This document shows, in pieces, positions 37,748 to 48,027 of a DNA stretch of 64,000 nucleotides; the stretch's first letter is position 1; each line of letters starts with the position of its first letter. Under the pieces are notes generated by a model. The model was not told where the DNA came from. It made no database searches and saw nothing but the letters and a program-made list of their open reading frames with translations. This DNA comes from Candidatus Latescibacterota bacterium (lineage in GTDB: Bacteria > Latescibacterota > UBA2968 > GCA-2709665), in NCBI GenBank assembly GCA_965205485.1, contig OZ242180.1, forward strand, positions 2,368,001-2,432,000, given 5' to 3'. The position numbers and the translations under genes were made by a program.

Positions 37748-39805
37748 ATGAAAAGGCGATTACACATTTGCAGCGTCGTTGCGACGTTGCTGACGTCCGT
37801 ATCATTGGGTGCCGACGATCAGCACCCGACCCGGGTCGCTCGAGCCGTCAGGGTGAAAACCGCACCGGTAATCGATGGCGAGCTTTCCGATCCCGTATGG
37901 CAACAAGCGCGGATTGCGACCGGCTTCTTTCGTGTAAAGGAGGGAAGTATTCAACCGTCGCGTCTGAAAACTGAAGTCAGGATATTGTACGACGAAGAGG
38001 CGCTCTATATAGGCATATATTGTGAAGAACCGGATATGGGGAATCTGCGGGAAACGATGACCCGACGCGATTCCCGTATATGGCATAATGACTGCGTGGA
38101 AGTGATGCTGGATACCTATCGAGACCGGCGCAATTGTTACGTTTTCGCGACAAACACACTTGGCACGCAGATGGACGAACGGATAAGCAATGAGAGTGTC
38201 TTCGACCTGAGTTGGGATGCCGTTTGGGAATCGAAGGTAAGGAAACACCGCAACGGATGGACCGCCGAATTCTCGATCCCGTTTCGAGCGCTCCGGTTTG
38301 ATCCGCATAATCCGACGTGGGGAGTCAACTTCTGGAGGACGCATCCGATAAACGGTCAATCCTATTCCTGGGCGCCTTCCGCATTTTTCGGCCGTGTGTC
38401 CGAGTTCGGCGACCTGACCGGATTGAATCTTGGAAAGATCCGTTTCGAACCGAAAGTCGGCGTTCTTCCCTACGCCACTTATCGTGCGATAGACGACCGT
38501 CAGGATGATTTCGACGGGGGCCTGGACTTTATTGTACCGGTCTCGACGCACCTTACCTCGAATGTGACGTTCAACCCCGACTTTTCTCAGTTGGAAAGTG
38601 ACCCCACCCGAATCAATATAGTTAGCGACCGGGAGCTGTCACTGCCGGAACGAAGGCCATTTTTCCGGGAGGGCGCCGAACTATTCAAGTTGCCCCTGAA
38701 CCTGTACTATACCCGCCGCGTTCAGGAAATCGATATAGGGACGAAAGTAGCCGGCAGATTTCGCGCAGCGAATTTCTCCGTGATCAACACGTACGGAAAG
38801 TTGATAGACCGATACGATGGGGATAGCAAAAAGCAGGCGAATCTCCTGGCCGGTCGTGTCAACTACGACATTGGCAATCGTACGGTCGTCGGGTTCATGG
38901 GCGTTCAGAAACACCAGGAAGACAGAGACGTGATGCTTCTGTCTCTCAACGGTCGATTCGGATTTGGTCGAGACCTGACTGCAACGTCCCAATTTGCCGT
39001 CAATTCCATTGGCGGTCAAACACGTAGCGCGTACCACCAGGCACTGACGTGGGTCCATGAGGGTTGGATGGCTCAAATTGGGATTGAAGAAATCCAGGAC
39101 GGCTTTCGTCCCAATGAGATCGGACTTGAAGATGACGCATTCCATCGCAAGCGTGCCCGGGCAAGATACAGTTACGGACTGCCGGAGACCCGTCTCGTGC
39201 GGTCACTGACGGCCGAAATGTACCACGCATACCAAACCGATGCAGACAAGCTGTTGAAGGAACGGCGCCACGAGTTCAGGTTCAATGTCGAAATCGGCCG
39301 GACTGACTTCGCGACGTTCGGTGGATTCGGAGCCCTTCGCGAAGTCGGTGAACTCTTCGACACCCGGTTTCTTGGCTCAGAGATGAATTATACGGCACAG
39401 CGGTGGCACCTGAGCACATTTGGTCGAATCGGGCTTCGTCGAGGCGAAATCAGCCGATATTCGAGTTTCTCCGCAGGTCTCAACCTCTTGGAAAAGACGA
39501 CTTTGGATGTCACGCTTGGCTATCTTTCATGGGATGCGATTCGCAACACGTTTGTATTCCGGCTAAGCGGCAACTACCAACTGACTCGAAGGGTCGGCTG
39601 GCGCATTTATGTTGAACGGGTTGATGAACGGTTACGGGATGAAACGTTCCTCAGTTTCAATGCCATCTTCGATTACGAATTCACGCCGGAAAGCCATATA
39701 TACTTTGTATTCGTGGATGGCAGGCAGGGAAACCGGGCAGTGTTCGCGAAAATTGCGTATCTCTTCGAATCCGGTGTTCCAGGTTTCGGCAAGGCGATTG
39801 AATGA
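37748..39805 (+). CDS. CBM9-like + DUF5916 outer-membrane protein
   Basis: Signal peptide; APVIDGELSDPVW, TEVRILYDEEALY, WTAEFSIPF, NPDFSQLESD, PERRPFFREG. Confidence 0.85.
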   Translation: MKRRLHICSVVATLLTSVSLGADDQHPTRVARAVRVKTAPVIDGELSDPVWQQARIATGFFRVKEGSIQPSRLKTEVRILYDEEALYIGIYCEEPDMGNLRETMTRRDSRIWHNDCVEVMLDTYRDRRNCYVFATNTLGTQMDERISNESVFDLSWDAVWESKVRKHRNGWTAEFSIPFRALRFDPHNPTWGVNFWRTHPINGQSYSWAPSAFFGRVSEFGDLTGLNLGKIRFEPKVGVLPYATYRAIDDRQDDFDGGLDFIVPVSTHLTSNVTFNPDFSQLESDPTRINIVSDRELSLPERRPFFREGAELFKLPLNLYYTRRVQEIDIGTKVAGRFRAANFSVINTYGKLIDRYDGDSKKQANLLAGRVNYDIGNRTVVGFMGVQKHQEDRDVMLLSLNGRFGFGRDLTATSQFAVNSIGGQTRSAYHQALTWVHEGWMAQIGIEEIQDGFRPNEIGLEDDAFHRKRARARYSYGLPETRLVRSLTAEMYHAYQTDADKLLKERRHEFRFNVEIGRTDFATFGGFGALREVGELFDTRFLGSEMNYTAQRWHLSTFGRIGLRRGEISRYSSFSAGLNLLEKTTLDVTLGYLSWDAIRNTFVFRLSGNYQLTRRVGWRIYVERVDERLRDETFLSFNAIFDYEFTPESHIYFVFVDGRQGNRAVFAKIAYLFESGVPGFGKAIE

Positions 39806-39936
39806 CCTCGACGTCAACCGGTCGACACGTGACCGGGGAAGAGTAAACGTCAGACGGGTTTTTCTGAGACTGACTGTTGAATCTACTGAATCGGCAGTCC
39901 GGCTTTGCAGACCCATCCCGACTATTTGTGTCTTCT

Positions 39937-39962
39937 GTAGGGGCGACCCTTGTGGTCGCCCT
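39937..39962 (+). repeat. GTAG-type REP palindrome
   Basis: GTAGGGGCGACCCTTGTGGTCGCCCT, 1 mismatch to the 37595 copy. Confidence 0.8.
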
Positions 39963-40087
39963 GTTTTTTGCGCATAAGTACAAAAAGACGTTGATCGGCA
40001 TATTCATGAGGGCTATCTTGTCAGCGGCGTTGTGGACCGCAGGAACGTCAGTTGCCGCCCGGATCATTTCCCTTTTATGAGGTGCGT

Positions 40088-41224
40088 ATGGACAGCGAGA
40101 GTGGACGCCGGATCTACGAAGACCTGGGCGTGAACCCCGTGATCAACGGTATGGGAAGCCAGACAGTGCTGGGCGGTTCGCGTCTCTCTCCCGGCGTACT
40201 CCGGGCGATGCAGGATGCGAACCGGTACTTTGTGGATATGAAGGAGTTGTTGAAGGGGTCGGGCGAAGTGATTGCGGGGATATTGAGGGCGGAGGCGGCG
40301 CTGGTCACGCCCGGATGCGCGTCCGTGCTGGCGCTGGGATCGGCGGCGTGCATGACGGGAAACGACCGCGGCAGGATGGAGAGGCTGCCCGACACGACGG
40401 GGATGTGCGACGAGTTTCTGATTCAGTCCGGGCAGCGGTACAAATACGAACGCTGCGTGACGGTTTACGGCGGAAAGCTGGTGGAGGTTGGTGACGGGGA
40501 CGGTACGACGGAGAGCCAGCTGCGGGCCGCGATGACCGATCGCACGGCAGGCCTGCTCTACGTCGCCCCTGGCGGGGGGCCGGGCGTGGTCCCGCTGGAA
40601 GACGCCATAGCCATCGCGAGAGACCGCGGCGTCGCGGTAATCGTGGATGCGGCCTCGCAGGTATTCCCGCTGGACGTCATGTGCCGGTACCCCCGTATGG
40701 GCGCGGACGTGGTGGGATACGGCGCGAAATATTTCGGCGCGTGCAACTCAACGGGGATCATGTGCGGACGGAGAGACCTGGTGGACGCGGCTTTCGTTCA
40801 GGGTTTCATCGGATTCGAGACCGAGGAACGGCGCACCGTGGGTCGTCCCCTGAAGGTGGACCGCCAGGAGGTGATCGCCGTGACTGCCGCGTTGAAGGAA
40901 TGGTTTGAAATGGACCACGACGCGCGTTTCGACGATCACCGGCGCAAGGCCGACAAACTGTTCCGCTCATTGAAGGGCGTTCCGCAAATCCAGGTGGAAC
41001 ACGTGACGGAAAAACGCGGGCTCGGCAGCGGGCTGCTGGTCCGGTTCGACGAGAACGTAATTGGAAAATCCCTTTCGCAGGTCCTGGCCGAACTTAAGGA
41101 GGCCCGGCCGAGTATCGTGCTTGGGAATTCTGCGGATGCGCTCCACGTGTCGGTTCCGACCCTGACGGACGAGGACTTGAAAGTCGTCGGCGAGCGATTG
41201 CGTGAAGTCCTGGGCGCATCGTGA
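40088..41224 (+). CDS. SelA-like / DgaE-family PLP-dependent enzyme
   Basis: LGVNPVING.G..T.LGGS, IVDAAS, GAKYFG, GRPLKVDRQE. Confidence 0.8.
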   Translation: MDSESGRRIYEDLGVNPVINGMGSQTVLGGSRLSPGVLRAMQDANRYFVDMKELLKGSGEVIAGILRAEAALVTPGCASVLALGSAACMTGNDRGRMERLPDTTGMCDEFLIQSGQRYKYERCVTVYGGKLVEVGDGDGTTESQLRAAMTDRTAGLLYVAPGGGPGVVPLEDAIAIARDRGVAVIVDAASQVFPLDVMCRYPRMGADVVGYGAKYFGACNSTGIMCGRRDLVDAAFVQGFIGFETEERRTVGRPLKVDRQEVIAVTAALKEWFEMDHDARFDDHRRKADKLFRSLKGVPQIQVEHVTEKRGLGSGLLVRFDENVIGKSLSQVLAELKEARPSIVLGNSADALHVSVPTLTDEDLKVVGERLREVLGAS

Positions 41225-41269
41225 GAGAATACAGGCTTGCCTGCACGGAATGTGGTTGAAAACGTAGCG

Positions 41270-42007
41270 ATGGATTCCTGTACCCGGCTTACCGTAATTG
41301 TCCCTGCTTTCAATGAGGAGGCATATCTCGCCGCGACTCTGGACTCGATCCGCGCCGCGGCGGAACTGTTGACCGCGAAATCAATCGCGTGCGTAGTGAC
41401 GATCGTCGTGGACAACAACAGCGTGGATGGAACCGCCGGTATTGCGCGCGCCCGCGAGGCGACGGTTGTTTTCGAGCCGATGCAGGGCATCTCCCGCGCG
41501 CGCAATACGGGAGCGCGTCACGCCGCCGGGGACGTGTTGGTCTTTATCGACGCGGACGTCATCGTTCCTCACGATCTGCTCAAGACGATTCACGAGGAAA
41601 TGGGCGATCCGAAGTGTATCGGAGGCGGCGTGGACGTAGACTATCGACCTCGACGCCTCGCCGTACGGCTCTATCTTGGCGCCTGGCGGCTCTTTGGTCG
41701 TGTTACGGGAATGGTTCAAGGGGCCGCGCAATTCTGTAGCAGGAGCACTTTCGAGCAGACAGGCGGCTACGACGAGAGCGTCTGGATGGGCGAGGACGTC
41801 GACTTTTACTGGAAGCTGAACAGGCTGGCAAAATCAACGGGCCGGTCGGTCAGGTTTATCCGGGAACCGCGGGTACAACCTTCCAGCCGGCGCTTCGACA
41901 GGTGGCCGGTCTGGAAGATCATTGTCTGGACGAACCCGCTCTTCATCACGTTGTTCCGCCGATGGAAACGAGTCTGGACCGGATGGTACGCCGATCCCGT
42001 GCGGTAG
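41270..42007 (+). CDS. Glycosyltransferase family 2
   Basis: VIVPAFNEE, VVDNNSVDGT, ARNTGA, FIDAD, GEDVDF, SSRRF. Confidence 0.92.
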   Translation: MDSCTRLTVIVPAFNEEAYLAATLDSIRAAAELLTAKSIACVVTIVVDNNSVDGTAGIARAREATVVFEPMQGISRARNTGARHAAGDVLVFIDADVIVPHDLLKTIHEEMGDPKCIGGGVDVDYRPRRLAVRLYLGAWRLFGRVTGMVQGAAQFCSRSTFEQTGGYDESVWMGEDVDFYWKLNRLAKSTGRSVRFIREPRVQPSSRRFDRWPVWKIIVWTNPLFITLFRRWKRVWTGWYADPVR

Positions 42008-42106
42008 CGCGTCGGTACGCTTTGTTTTCGCGCATGACCGGCGTCGCCGCGGTGACCGTGCCGGACTATCGGCGATCGACTTGAGGACGAAGTTTCAACT
42101 TCGGGG

Positions 42107-42874
42107 ATGAATTTGATCTCAGCCGGAGAGCAGTTCAATCGCCAGGCGGCCAGATACGCCGTGAGCGAAGCGCACTCATCGGGAGAGAGTCTGCGCATCC
42201 TCACGGGCTGGGCGGCCCTCGAACGCTACGCCATCGGTCTGGATATCGCAACGGGTCCCGGCTTCACGGCATTCGCGGTTGCCGGTTTCTGCGACACGAT
42301 CGTGGCATCGGACATCGCGCCGAGGATGCTGGACCAGGCCCGAAAAATCGCTGAAGAGCGGGGCATTGCGAACGTACGCTTTGAGATTGTCGATGCCTGC
42401 GATATTTCATATCCTGACGCATCGATCGACCTGGTCACCTGCAGGACGGCGCCTCACCATTTTCAGGAAATCGGCAGGTTTCTCTCAGAAGTCGACCGCG
42501 TGTTGAGACCGGGGGGCGTCTTCCTTCTGTGCGACACGACGACGTCGGAAGACCCGGATGTCGCGGCGTGGCATCATCGCGTGGAAGTGGAACGGGATCC
42601 AACGCATGTGTCGGCGCCTACGCCGAAGGAGTGGCGCAGGGACCTGAGCGGCACCGGATTCGAAATGACCCATACGGCGGACACGCGGGTGGACATGACG
42701 CTTCGGGAGTGGGTTGATCGATCAGGGACGCCGGCGGAGGCAGTGGAGGAATTGTATCGGGACTTCGCCGCCGCGCCGCGGGAAGTCAGAAACGCGTTCG
42801 GGATAAGCCGTTCAGGTGACGATGATTTCGAGTTCTATTGGCCGGTTTTCTGTTGTCGGTCCTTGAAGTCTTAA
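42107..42874 (+). CDS. Class I SAM-dependent methyltransferase
   Basis: LDIATGPG, DLVTCRTAPHHF, RVLRPGG, RDPTH. Confidence 0.92.
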   Translation: MNLISAGEQFNRQAARYAVSEAHSSGESLRILTGWAALERYAIGLDIATGPGFTAFAVAGFCDTIVASDIAPRMLDQARKIAEERGIANVRFEIVDACDISYPDASIDLVTCRTAPHHFQEIGRFLSEVDRVLRPGGVFLLCDTTTSEDPDVAAWHHRVEVERDPTHVSAPTPKEWRRDLSGTGFEMTHTADTRVDMTLREWVDRSGTPAEAVEELYRDFAAAPREVRNAFGISRSGDDDFEFYWPVFCCRSLKS

Positions 42875-42943
42875 TACCCGCGAAATCGCGAAACCCATGG
42901 GTCAACAAATCAATAATGTCGTCAACTCCGGGAGGGATCGATT

Positions 42944-43357
42944 ATGCCGTCGGCAACCGCTTGGACGTGCAAGCTGATTCGCTCGCAGGACGTCTTCACC
43001 GGCAAGCAGGCGTTTACCTACCGTAAGGGCGTAACCGCCGAAAACACCGGGTCCCGGGGTCTCAGCATGCACCTGCTGGCCATCCCTCCGGGCGAACGCG
43101 CCAAAGCGCACCTGCACGAAGACCACGAGAGCGCCGTCTACGTCATCAGTGGCAAGTCGGGAATGTGGTACGGCGAGAATCTGGAGGAGCACGTGCGCGT
43201 CGACAGCGGCGATTTCGTCTACATCCCGCCCGGTATGCCCCACCTCCCGTACAACGCCAGCGACACCGAACCCTGCATCGCCGTCATCGCCCGCACCGAC
43301 CCCAACGAACAGGAGAGTGTTCGGCTCCTGCCGGAGTTGGATGGGATTCACCCGTGA
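42944..43357 (+). CDS. Cupin domain protein (RmlC-like)
   Basis: AHLHEDHESAVYV, GDFVYIPPGMPHLPYN, ARTDPNEQESV. Confidence 0.9.
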   Translation: MPSATAWTCKLIRSQDVFTGKQAFTYRKGVTAENTGSRGLSMHLLAIPPGERAKAHLHEDHESAVYVISGKSGMWYGENLEEHVRVDSGDFVYIPPGMPHLPYNASDTEPCIAVIARTDPNEQESVRLLPELDGIHP

Positions 43358-43419
43358 GAATGCACTGTGCCGTATCTTCCGGCGTCGGACCAGCTTCCGA
43401 TTCAGTGGTGAATCGGCAA

Positions 43420-44025
43420 TTACTGCAAATGACGCCGGACATATCCAATGCCATCGGCGAATTTCGTCAGCAGCAGGCAATCACGTGAACTCAGTTCAGT
43501 TTCGATATGCGGATTGGCGAAATCCCTGGAATTCCTGGTTATGAAACAGCATCGCTCCCGGGATTCTGCATTCAGATGGTCAAGAACGGAAGCATAAACA
43601 ATCGAATCTTGCGGGGAAAGGTTGAGCTTTTCTTGAAGACTTATCGCGGCGCTTATGACGTTTAATCCTACCGGTATCACTTCAACGGTCTGCAAAATTC
43701 CTTCCAGCGTTTCGTCCAGCCTGCGCTTTTCCTCTTCTCCGCTACGGATCAATATGCTGTTGAGTTCGTGGAAACGTTCGGATGCCGCTTCGTATGGACT
43801 TGAACGCGAGAGTTCTCGAATGGCCGTCGTGACGTCCTCGTGGATCTGTCGTCTTCGCTTCGTGCGGCGCACCCACGTTTCATAAGGCTCCCCAATGCTG
43901 AAGGCAGGCAAAACCAGGCTAATCTTACCAACTTCAGCGAGGCGCAAAAGTGCCGAGCACTCGTCATGCTCGGCCTGGAGAAAAGCAAGTTCAAGAACGA
44001 AATTTGACTCCAGATACACAATCAT
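43420..44025 (-). CDS. PIN domain protein
   Basis: IVYLESNFVLE, LSPQDSIVYASV, FITRNSRDF. Confidence 0.8.
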   Translation of the reverse strand: MIVYLESNFVLELAFLQAEHDECSALLRLAEVGKISLVLPAFSIGEPYETWVRRTKRRRQIHEDVTTAIRELSRSSPYEAASERFHELNSILIRSGEEEKRRLDETLEGILQTVEVIPVGLNVISAAISLQEKLNLSPQDSIVYASVLDHLNAESRERCCFITRNSRDFANPHIETELSSRDCLLLTKFADGIGYVRRHLQ

Positions 44026-44474
44026 GTTGTTTCTTCGAGTTCTATCGAACCGTTTGAGATAGCTTCCGACAACCCCGAGTCAAAGAGCCACTGGGAATTT
44101 CCGTCTACCGAGCCATTACGCGAGTCAATATCAAGCAGATCTCCCAGCCAGGAAATCGTTATCAATTCGAGACCGTACCGGCTTAGAACATCAAGGGATA
44201 GGTCTGATTTGAGATATGGTGCGAAAATTTCATTAGCATCAATCTTGTAGTCAGGTTTTGCCAGATTATCTGCCGTAGATGCCGCCGTCCAAAGATAAAG
44301 GTAGTCGGGGAGGACAAGGAGGAAGTATGGAACCGGCGGCAAGAATGCATGGGCCAGCAGATTTCGCCGCATAAGTGTGGCCCACTCCGCAGAAGAGACA
44401 GGCGCCTTCTTGATTTCCACGACGAGTTGCAGGCTTCCATCCGCGCCGGACACCGCTATATCGACATTTTTCAT
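44022..44474 (-). CDS. Hypothetical protein with PD-(D/E)xK-like N-terminus
   Basis: VDIAV...LVVEIK; ATGA-coupled to the PIN gene; lower GC than flanks. Confidence 0.6.
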   Translation of the reverse strand: MKNVDIAVSGADGSLQLVVEIKKAPVSSAEWATLMRRNLLAHAFLPPVPYFLLVLPDYLYLWTAASTADNLAKPDYKIDANEIFAPYLKSDLSLDVLSRYGLELITISWLGDLLDIDSRNGSVDGNSQWLFDSGLSEAISNGSIELEETT

Positions 44475-44577
44475 TTTCAGGTCCTTGACTCAATGACTGG
44501 CGTTATATCCTTGCAGCATGCACCAATGAATTCTTGAATCAGCGACGCCAGTTCGTCGGTCTATCGCTTACGGCTTG

Positions 44578-44606
44578 ATAATACCCACGCTCTCCGCCCG
44601 TGTCAA
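44578..44606 (-). promoter_or_regulatory. sigma70 promoter of the PD-(D/E)xK-like/PIN pair
   Basis: On the minus strand: TTGACA, 17 bp spacer, TATTAT. Confidence 0.65.
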
Positions 44607-44813
44607 GGGATTGCCGCGAGAAAAACAGCCTCATGCTGCCTCGCGAGCCATCCCCGCATTCTCGACGATTCGGACTACTACTCAACCTCGCTCGATCATC
44701 CTTCGGTCGGCAGACTTCCGCACCTGCAACTCACTACGTTTCTTGAACAGCTGACAAGATGGTAAAACAGGAGCGGGAATTGTAGGTGGTGACGGAGGCA
44801 GGGATCCGATACC

Positions 44814-46862
44814 CTATCGAAGCGGTTGTTTCACTCGATTGAAGTCAACCTTGTACCGATCGAGGGCCTTGAGCGCCTTGTTCCGGGGATGGGGATATAC
44901 GTCGCGTGACTTTCTGAAGGACATGACGGCGGCGTTTGTCCGGCCCTGATTCTGAAGCAGCCTTCCCTTCTGATAGTACAGCTCGGCAAGCGTCTTCTTC
45001 TTCAACGCTTCATGCCTGAGCATCTCCGCCCTGGTCAACCACTTTCCCACCTGCTCCCAGTTCGAGCTGTTTCCGTTGTCCAGTACGACCGAGGCCATAC
45101 CCAGAAGGCTCGCGTAACTGCCGTGTGCGAGCCTGAACGGTTCCTGCAATTGCTCGAACACCGGGTCCCCGGTAAAATATGCCAATCCCAGATAGCGCCC
45201 GTAGTGGAACAGCATTTCGTTCCGGCGGACCCGCTCCCAGCGGTCGGTGGGTTTCCGGTTGATGAGCTGTACGAAGAATTCTTCGCCGCGAGGATGGCGC
45301 TTCAGCTTGATCGTCCCCGGTTTCCCGCCCCTTGCAGCTTCCATCAGGAAGCCGTAGACGCGTAACTCACGGTTGGGATAGATATCGACGTCCAGGGGCA
45401 AGAAGATCGCCCGTTCGTTCGAATCGATAAACCGTTCGAGTACCGCATCCCTCTTCTTTGTCGACATGAACGGGTTGAACAGGCGTTCGCCGTATACGAG
45501 ACCCTGCAGATTGTACAATGTGACATCCGGACGGCGGTTTTCGACGTATCGATAATAGCCGATCGGCCCGGTTGTATCTCCGAAGACGAACAGGACAGCG
45601 TCTTCCGGCAAGAGGTCCAGCTGCATTTCAGCATGCCGCTCGGCGAAGTCGTTTTCGGCCCTGTCGTTTGGCTTCCAGTGGGATTGGACTGACCACCAGA
45701 CCAGGCAGACCCCGGCGAGCACAGCAGCAGAGATTCCTACCTTCGGACCGTACGGCGTTTTGTCTGTGAATTTTCCCTTCAGCCAGTGGCAGACACACTG
45801 TAGTCCGATGCCCAGCCACAACGCCAGAAGACCGTAACACAATATCGAATACGGCCGGAAGACCGCGACCTGGAAATAGTCAAAATCGAAGCGCAGCAGG
45901 ACGATCAGCACAATGCTGTTTGTAAGGAAAACCAGCAATCCCGATACCGCAATATCGGTTTGGCGCTTGCGAAACAGGAGCATCAGGCCGAGCACCGACA
46001 GCGCGAATCCCGGTAACGTCAATTGCCAAAGGAATTCGTTTCCGAGCCACTGCATGAACCTGAACCGGTCATTCCATCCGGCGCTTGGGCTGATGTCGAC
46101 TTCGACATACCCCTGCCGGCTGAAGTAGAACCAGAACGCCTTCAGGGAATCGATCGAACCGTAGAAATTGATCAGAACGTCCTGGTGAGACCGCCAGACC
46201 ATCCAGGCATAGGGCAATACCGCGCAGCATGCGAGAACGGCGAGGAGCAGCGGAAGCTTCCTGTAGAGATTCCGCCGAACGGTAAAGGCCAGCACCGCGA
46301 GTCCGGGTGCTGACAGCACCGTGAGCGGCACGTGATTGGCCAGGCTAAATCCGTAAGCCGCGGCGGCGGCAATCCAGATGCCGGTGCGGTGAGGGTGACG
46401 GACGCCGTACAGCATCAGCGCGTAGATGCCAAAGAAAAACAGCGCATTGAGCGTGTAGACCTCGGTGACGACGGCCTGAGACCAGAAATGCTCTGAGGCG
46501 GCAAACAGCACGGAGGCTGTCAGGGCGGGAATGGGCGAGGCGCCGATCAGACGGATGCAAATGTAGACGCAGCCGCACGCGAGGGCGCCCAGCGTCGCGC
46601 TGGACAGATGGCCGAGGACGGCGACGCTGCCGAAGGGAAACTGCGTGAAGAGGTAGACGATCAGCGTAAAGAGAGGATATCCCGGCGGATGGGCGACACC
46701 CAGGTGCGCGCCGGCCATCAGGAACAACCCGTCGTCTTCCAACACGACGGTGCGAGGCATCGTCAGAACGTACAGAACCAGCGGCGCCAGGATAGAGGCA
46801 ACCAGAGCCGTGCCATCGCGAAACGGCTCGATCGATCCGCGCCTGGAGTGCGCGCGCATCAT
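44814..46862 (-). CDS. DUF2723/TMEM260-like GT-C membrane glycosyltransferase with C-terminal TPR-like helices
   Basis: EDDG, LGVAHPPGYPLF, FWSQAVVTEVYTLN, many TM segments. Confidence 0.85.
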   Translation of the reverse strand: MMRAHSRRGSIEPFRDGTALVASILAPLVLYVLTMPRTVVLEDDGLFLMAGAHLGVAHPPGYPLFTLIVYLFTQFPFGSVAVLGHLSSATLGALACGCVYICIRLIGASPIPALTASVLFAASEHFWSQAVVTEVYTLNALFFFGIYALMLYGVRHPHRTGIWIAAAAAYGFSLANHVPLTVLSAPGLAVLAFTVRRNLYRKLPLLLAVLACCAVLPYAWMVWRSHQDVLINFYGSIDSLKAFWFYFSRQGYVEVDISPSAGWNDRFRFMQWLGNEFLWQLTLPGFALSVLGLMLLFRKRQTDIAVSGLLVFLTNSIVLIVLLRFDFDYFQVAVFRPYSILCYGLLALWLGIGLQCVCHWLKGKFTDKTPYGPKVGISAAVLAGVCLVWWSVQSHWKPNDRAENDFAERHAEMQLDLLPEDAVLFVFGDTTGPIGYYRYVENRRPDVTLYNLQGLVYGERLFNPFMSTKKRDAVLERFIDSNERAIFLPLDVDIYPNRELRVYGFLMEAARGGKPGTIKLKRHPRGEEFFVQLINRKPTDRWERVRRNEMLFHYGRYLGLAYFTGDPVFEQLQEPFRLAHGSYASLLGMASVVLDNGNSSNWEQVGKWLTRAEMLRHEALKKKTLAELYYQKGRLLQNQGRTNAAVMSFRKSRDVYPHPRNKALKALDRYKVDFNRVKQPLR

Positions 46863-47302
46863 CCGGTACCGTCCTGCACGTTATCCCCAGCCTCGGGAGG
46901 GGCCTCGCGAAATGTCCAGAGAGAATTGACGGAATAGTTCAGCACACCGGCGGGGGCGATCGCACACCCCTGCAGGATTACCAGCGGCACATCCGCGAAC
47001 TGTACGGAAAGCAGGACGAACGTGCCGTAACTCAACATTAGCGACACGAGCGATACAAGATGATATTTCAACCCCCGAATCCGGCGCTTTCCTGGCAGCG
47101 AGCGACTCCCGAAGGTCCAGTAGTTGTTGAGCAGAAAATTGGAGACGATGGACAGCTCGATCGCAATCGGCGACGCCAGCAGCGCGTGTACGCCGAGATT
47201 GAGCATCAATTGAAACGAACCGAGATTCACAACCACGCCGCCAAGGCCCGTGAGCGCGAATTTTCCGAATGTCGGAGAAAGTAATTTTCCGAATAGACGC
47301 AT
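46859..47302 (-). CDS. GtrA family membrane protein (start uncertain)
   Basis: KFALTGLGGVVVN, ELSIVSNFLLNNYWTF, LNYSVNSLWTF. Confidence 0.8.
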   Translation of the reverse strand: MRLFGKLLSPTFGKFALTGLGGVVVNLGSFQLMLNLGVHALLASPIAIELSIVSNFLLNNYWTFGSRSLPGKRRIRGLKYHLVSLVSLMLSYGTFVLLSVQFADVPLVILQGCAIAPAGVLNYSVNSLWTFREAPPEAGDNVQDGTG

Positions 47303-47576
47303 GGAATTCGATGGGATGCGGGTGGTGAACAGATACGGTACGGAACGCGCCTGAGAACCCTGGCGTTCGAAGAGATTCAACAAGCGTGCGTACCACGGCG
47401 TACGCAGCGATGGTGTCTCCAAGTTTAACGATATCCGCTCTCCTCGGCAACAGTTACGGGATGTCGAATGTGGCGGGTCGTACCCCGCTTAGTTTTTCGT
47501 TGACTTCACAGACATCAGACAACTGACCGTCGAACGCGCGCCGAATTCATACATCCGACCGCTTCTGTCGAGACAC

Positions 47577-47608
47577 ACACCGGTGGCTCTTGCCAACGGT
47601 GTTTTTTT
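47577..47608 (+). terminator. Rho-independent terminator-like hairpin
   Basis: ACACCGGTGGC-TCTT-GCCAACGGTGT followed by a T run. Confidence 0.6.
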
Positions 47609-47639
47609 ATGTGGTGACGCTACTTCTCAGGTTCGGAGC

Positions 47640-47686
47640 GGTGCAAGATGCAACATGGTTTCATCCGGGTGACGCAGAATGGAACA
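47640..47686 (+). promoter_or_regulatory. Putative enhancer-binding-protein sites (two copies)
   Basis: GGTGCAAGATGCAACA (47640) and GACGCAGAATGGAACA (47671); same motif at 57105 and 57124. Confidence 0.5.
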
Positions 47687-47784
47687 CATCGTTCAGCAAC
47701 CGGACGTCGACAAACGGGCTGCAGGGAGGCTGGCGATTTTTTCTCTTTTGCACTCCAGACAGTTAGGTCCCGGGGTATTGTGAG

Positions 47785-47799
47785 TGGCACAATCCTTGC
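47785..47799 (+). promoter_or_regulatory. sigma54 (-24/-12) promoter upstream of the precursor array
   Basis: TGGCACAATCCTTGC (GG-N10-GC). Confidence 0.7.
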
Positions 47800-48027
47800 G
47801 AGTCCAATTCGTCGAAGGAGGCGCGATACGTGCACGAGACGCGTGGCTCGATGTCTCCAATGATTCGCATCAAGAGCAGCGCCAAAGGGGGTGTGTCGAG
47901 ACCGCGAAATGACACGCATAACCCTTTGTAAATCAAGACATTTTGGCGGCGCACATCAGCATACGGTTTATCAGGAAACGGCATCGTTTGGTTGTCGCCG
48001 GGATGTCTACGAAAGGAGGTGATTGAC

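Noticed and set aside
40088..41224. selA (Sec synthase), suggested by the nearby selD
   Set aside because: Shorter than canonical SelA, lacks its N-terminal tRNA-binding domain, and motifs fit the SelA-like/DgaE group
47303..47470. Remnant of a GT2 domain once fused to GtrA
   Set aside because: Only a faint IP*..R..KL resemblance; too weak to call
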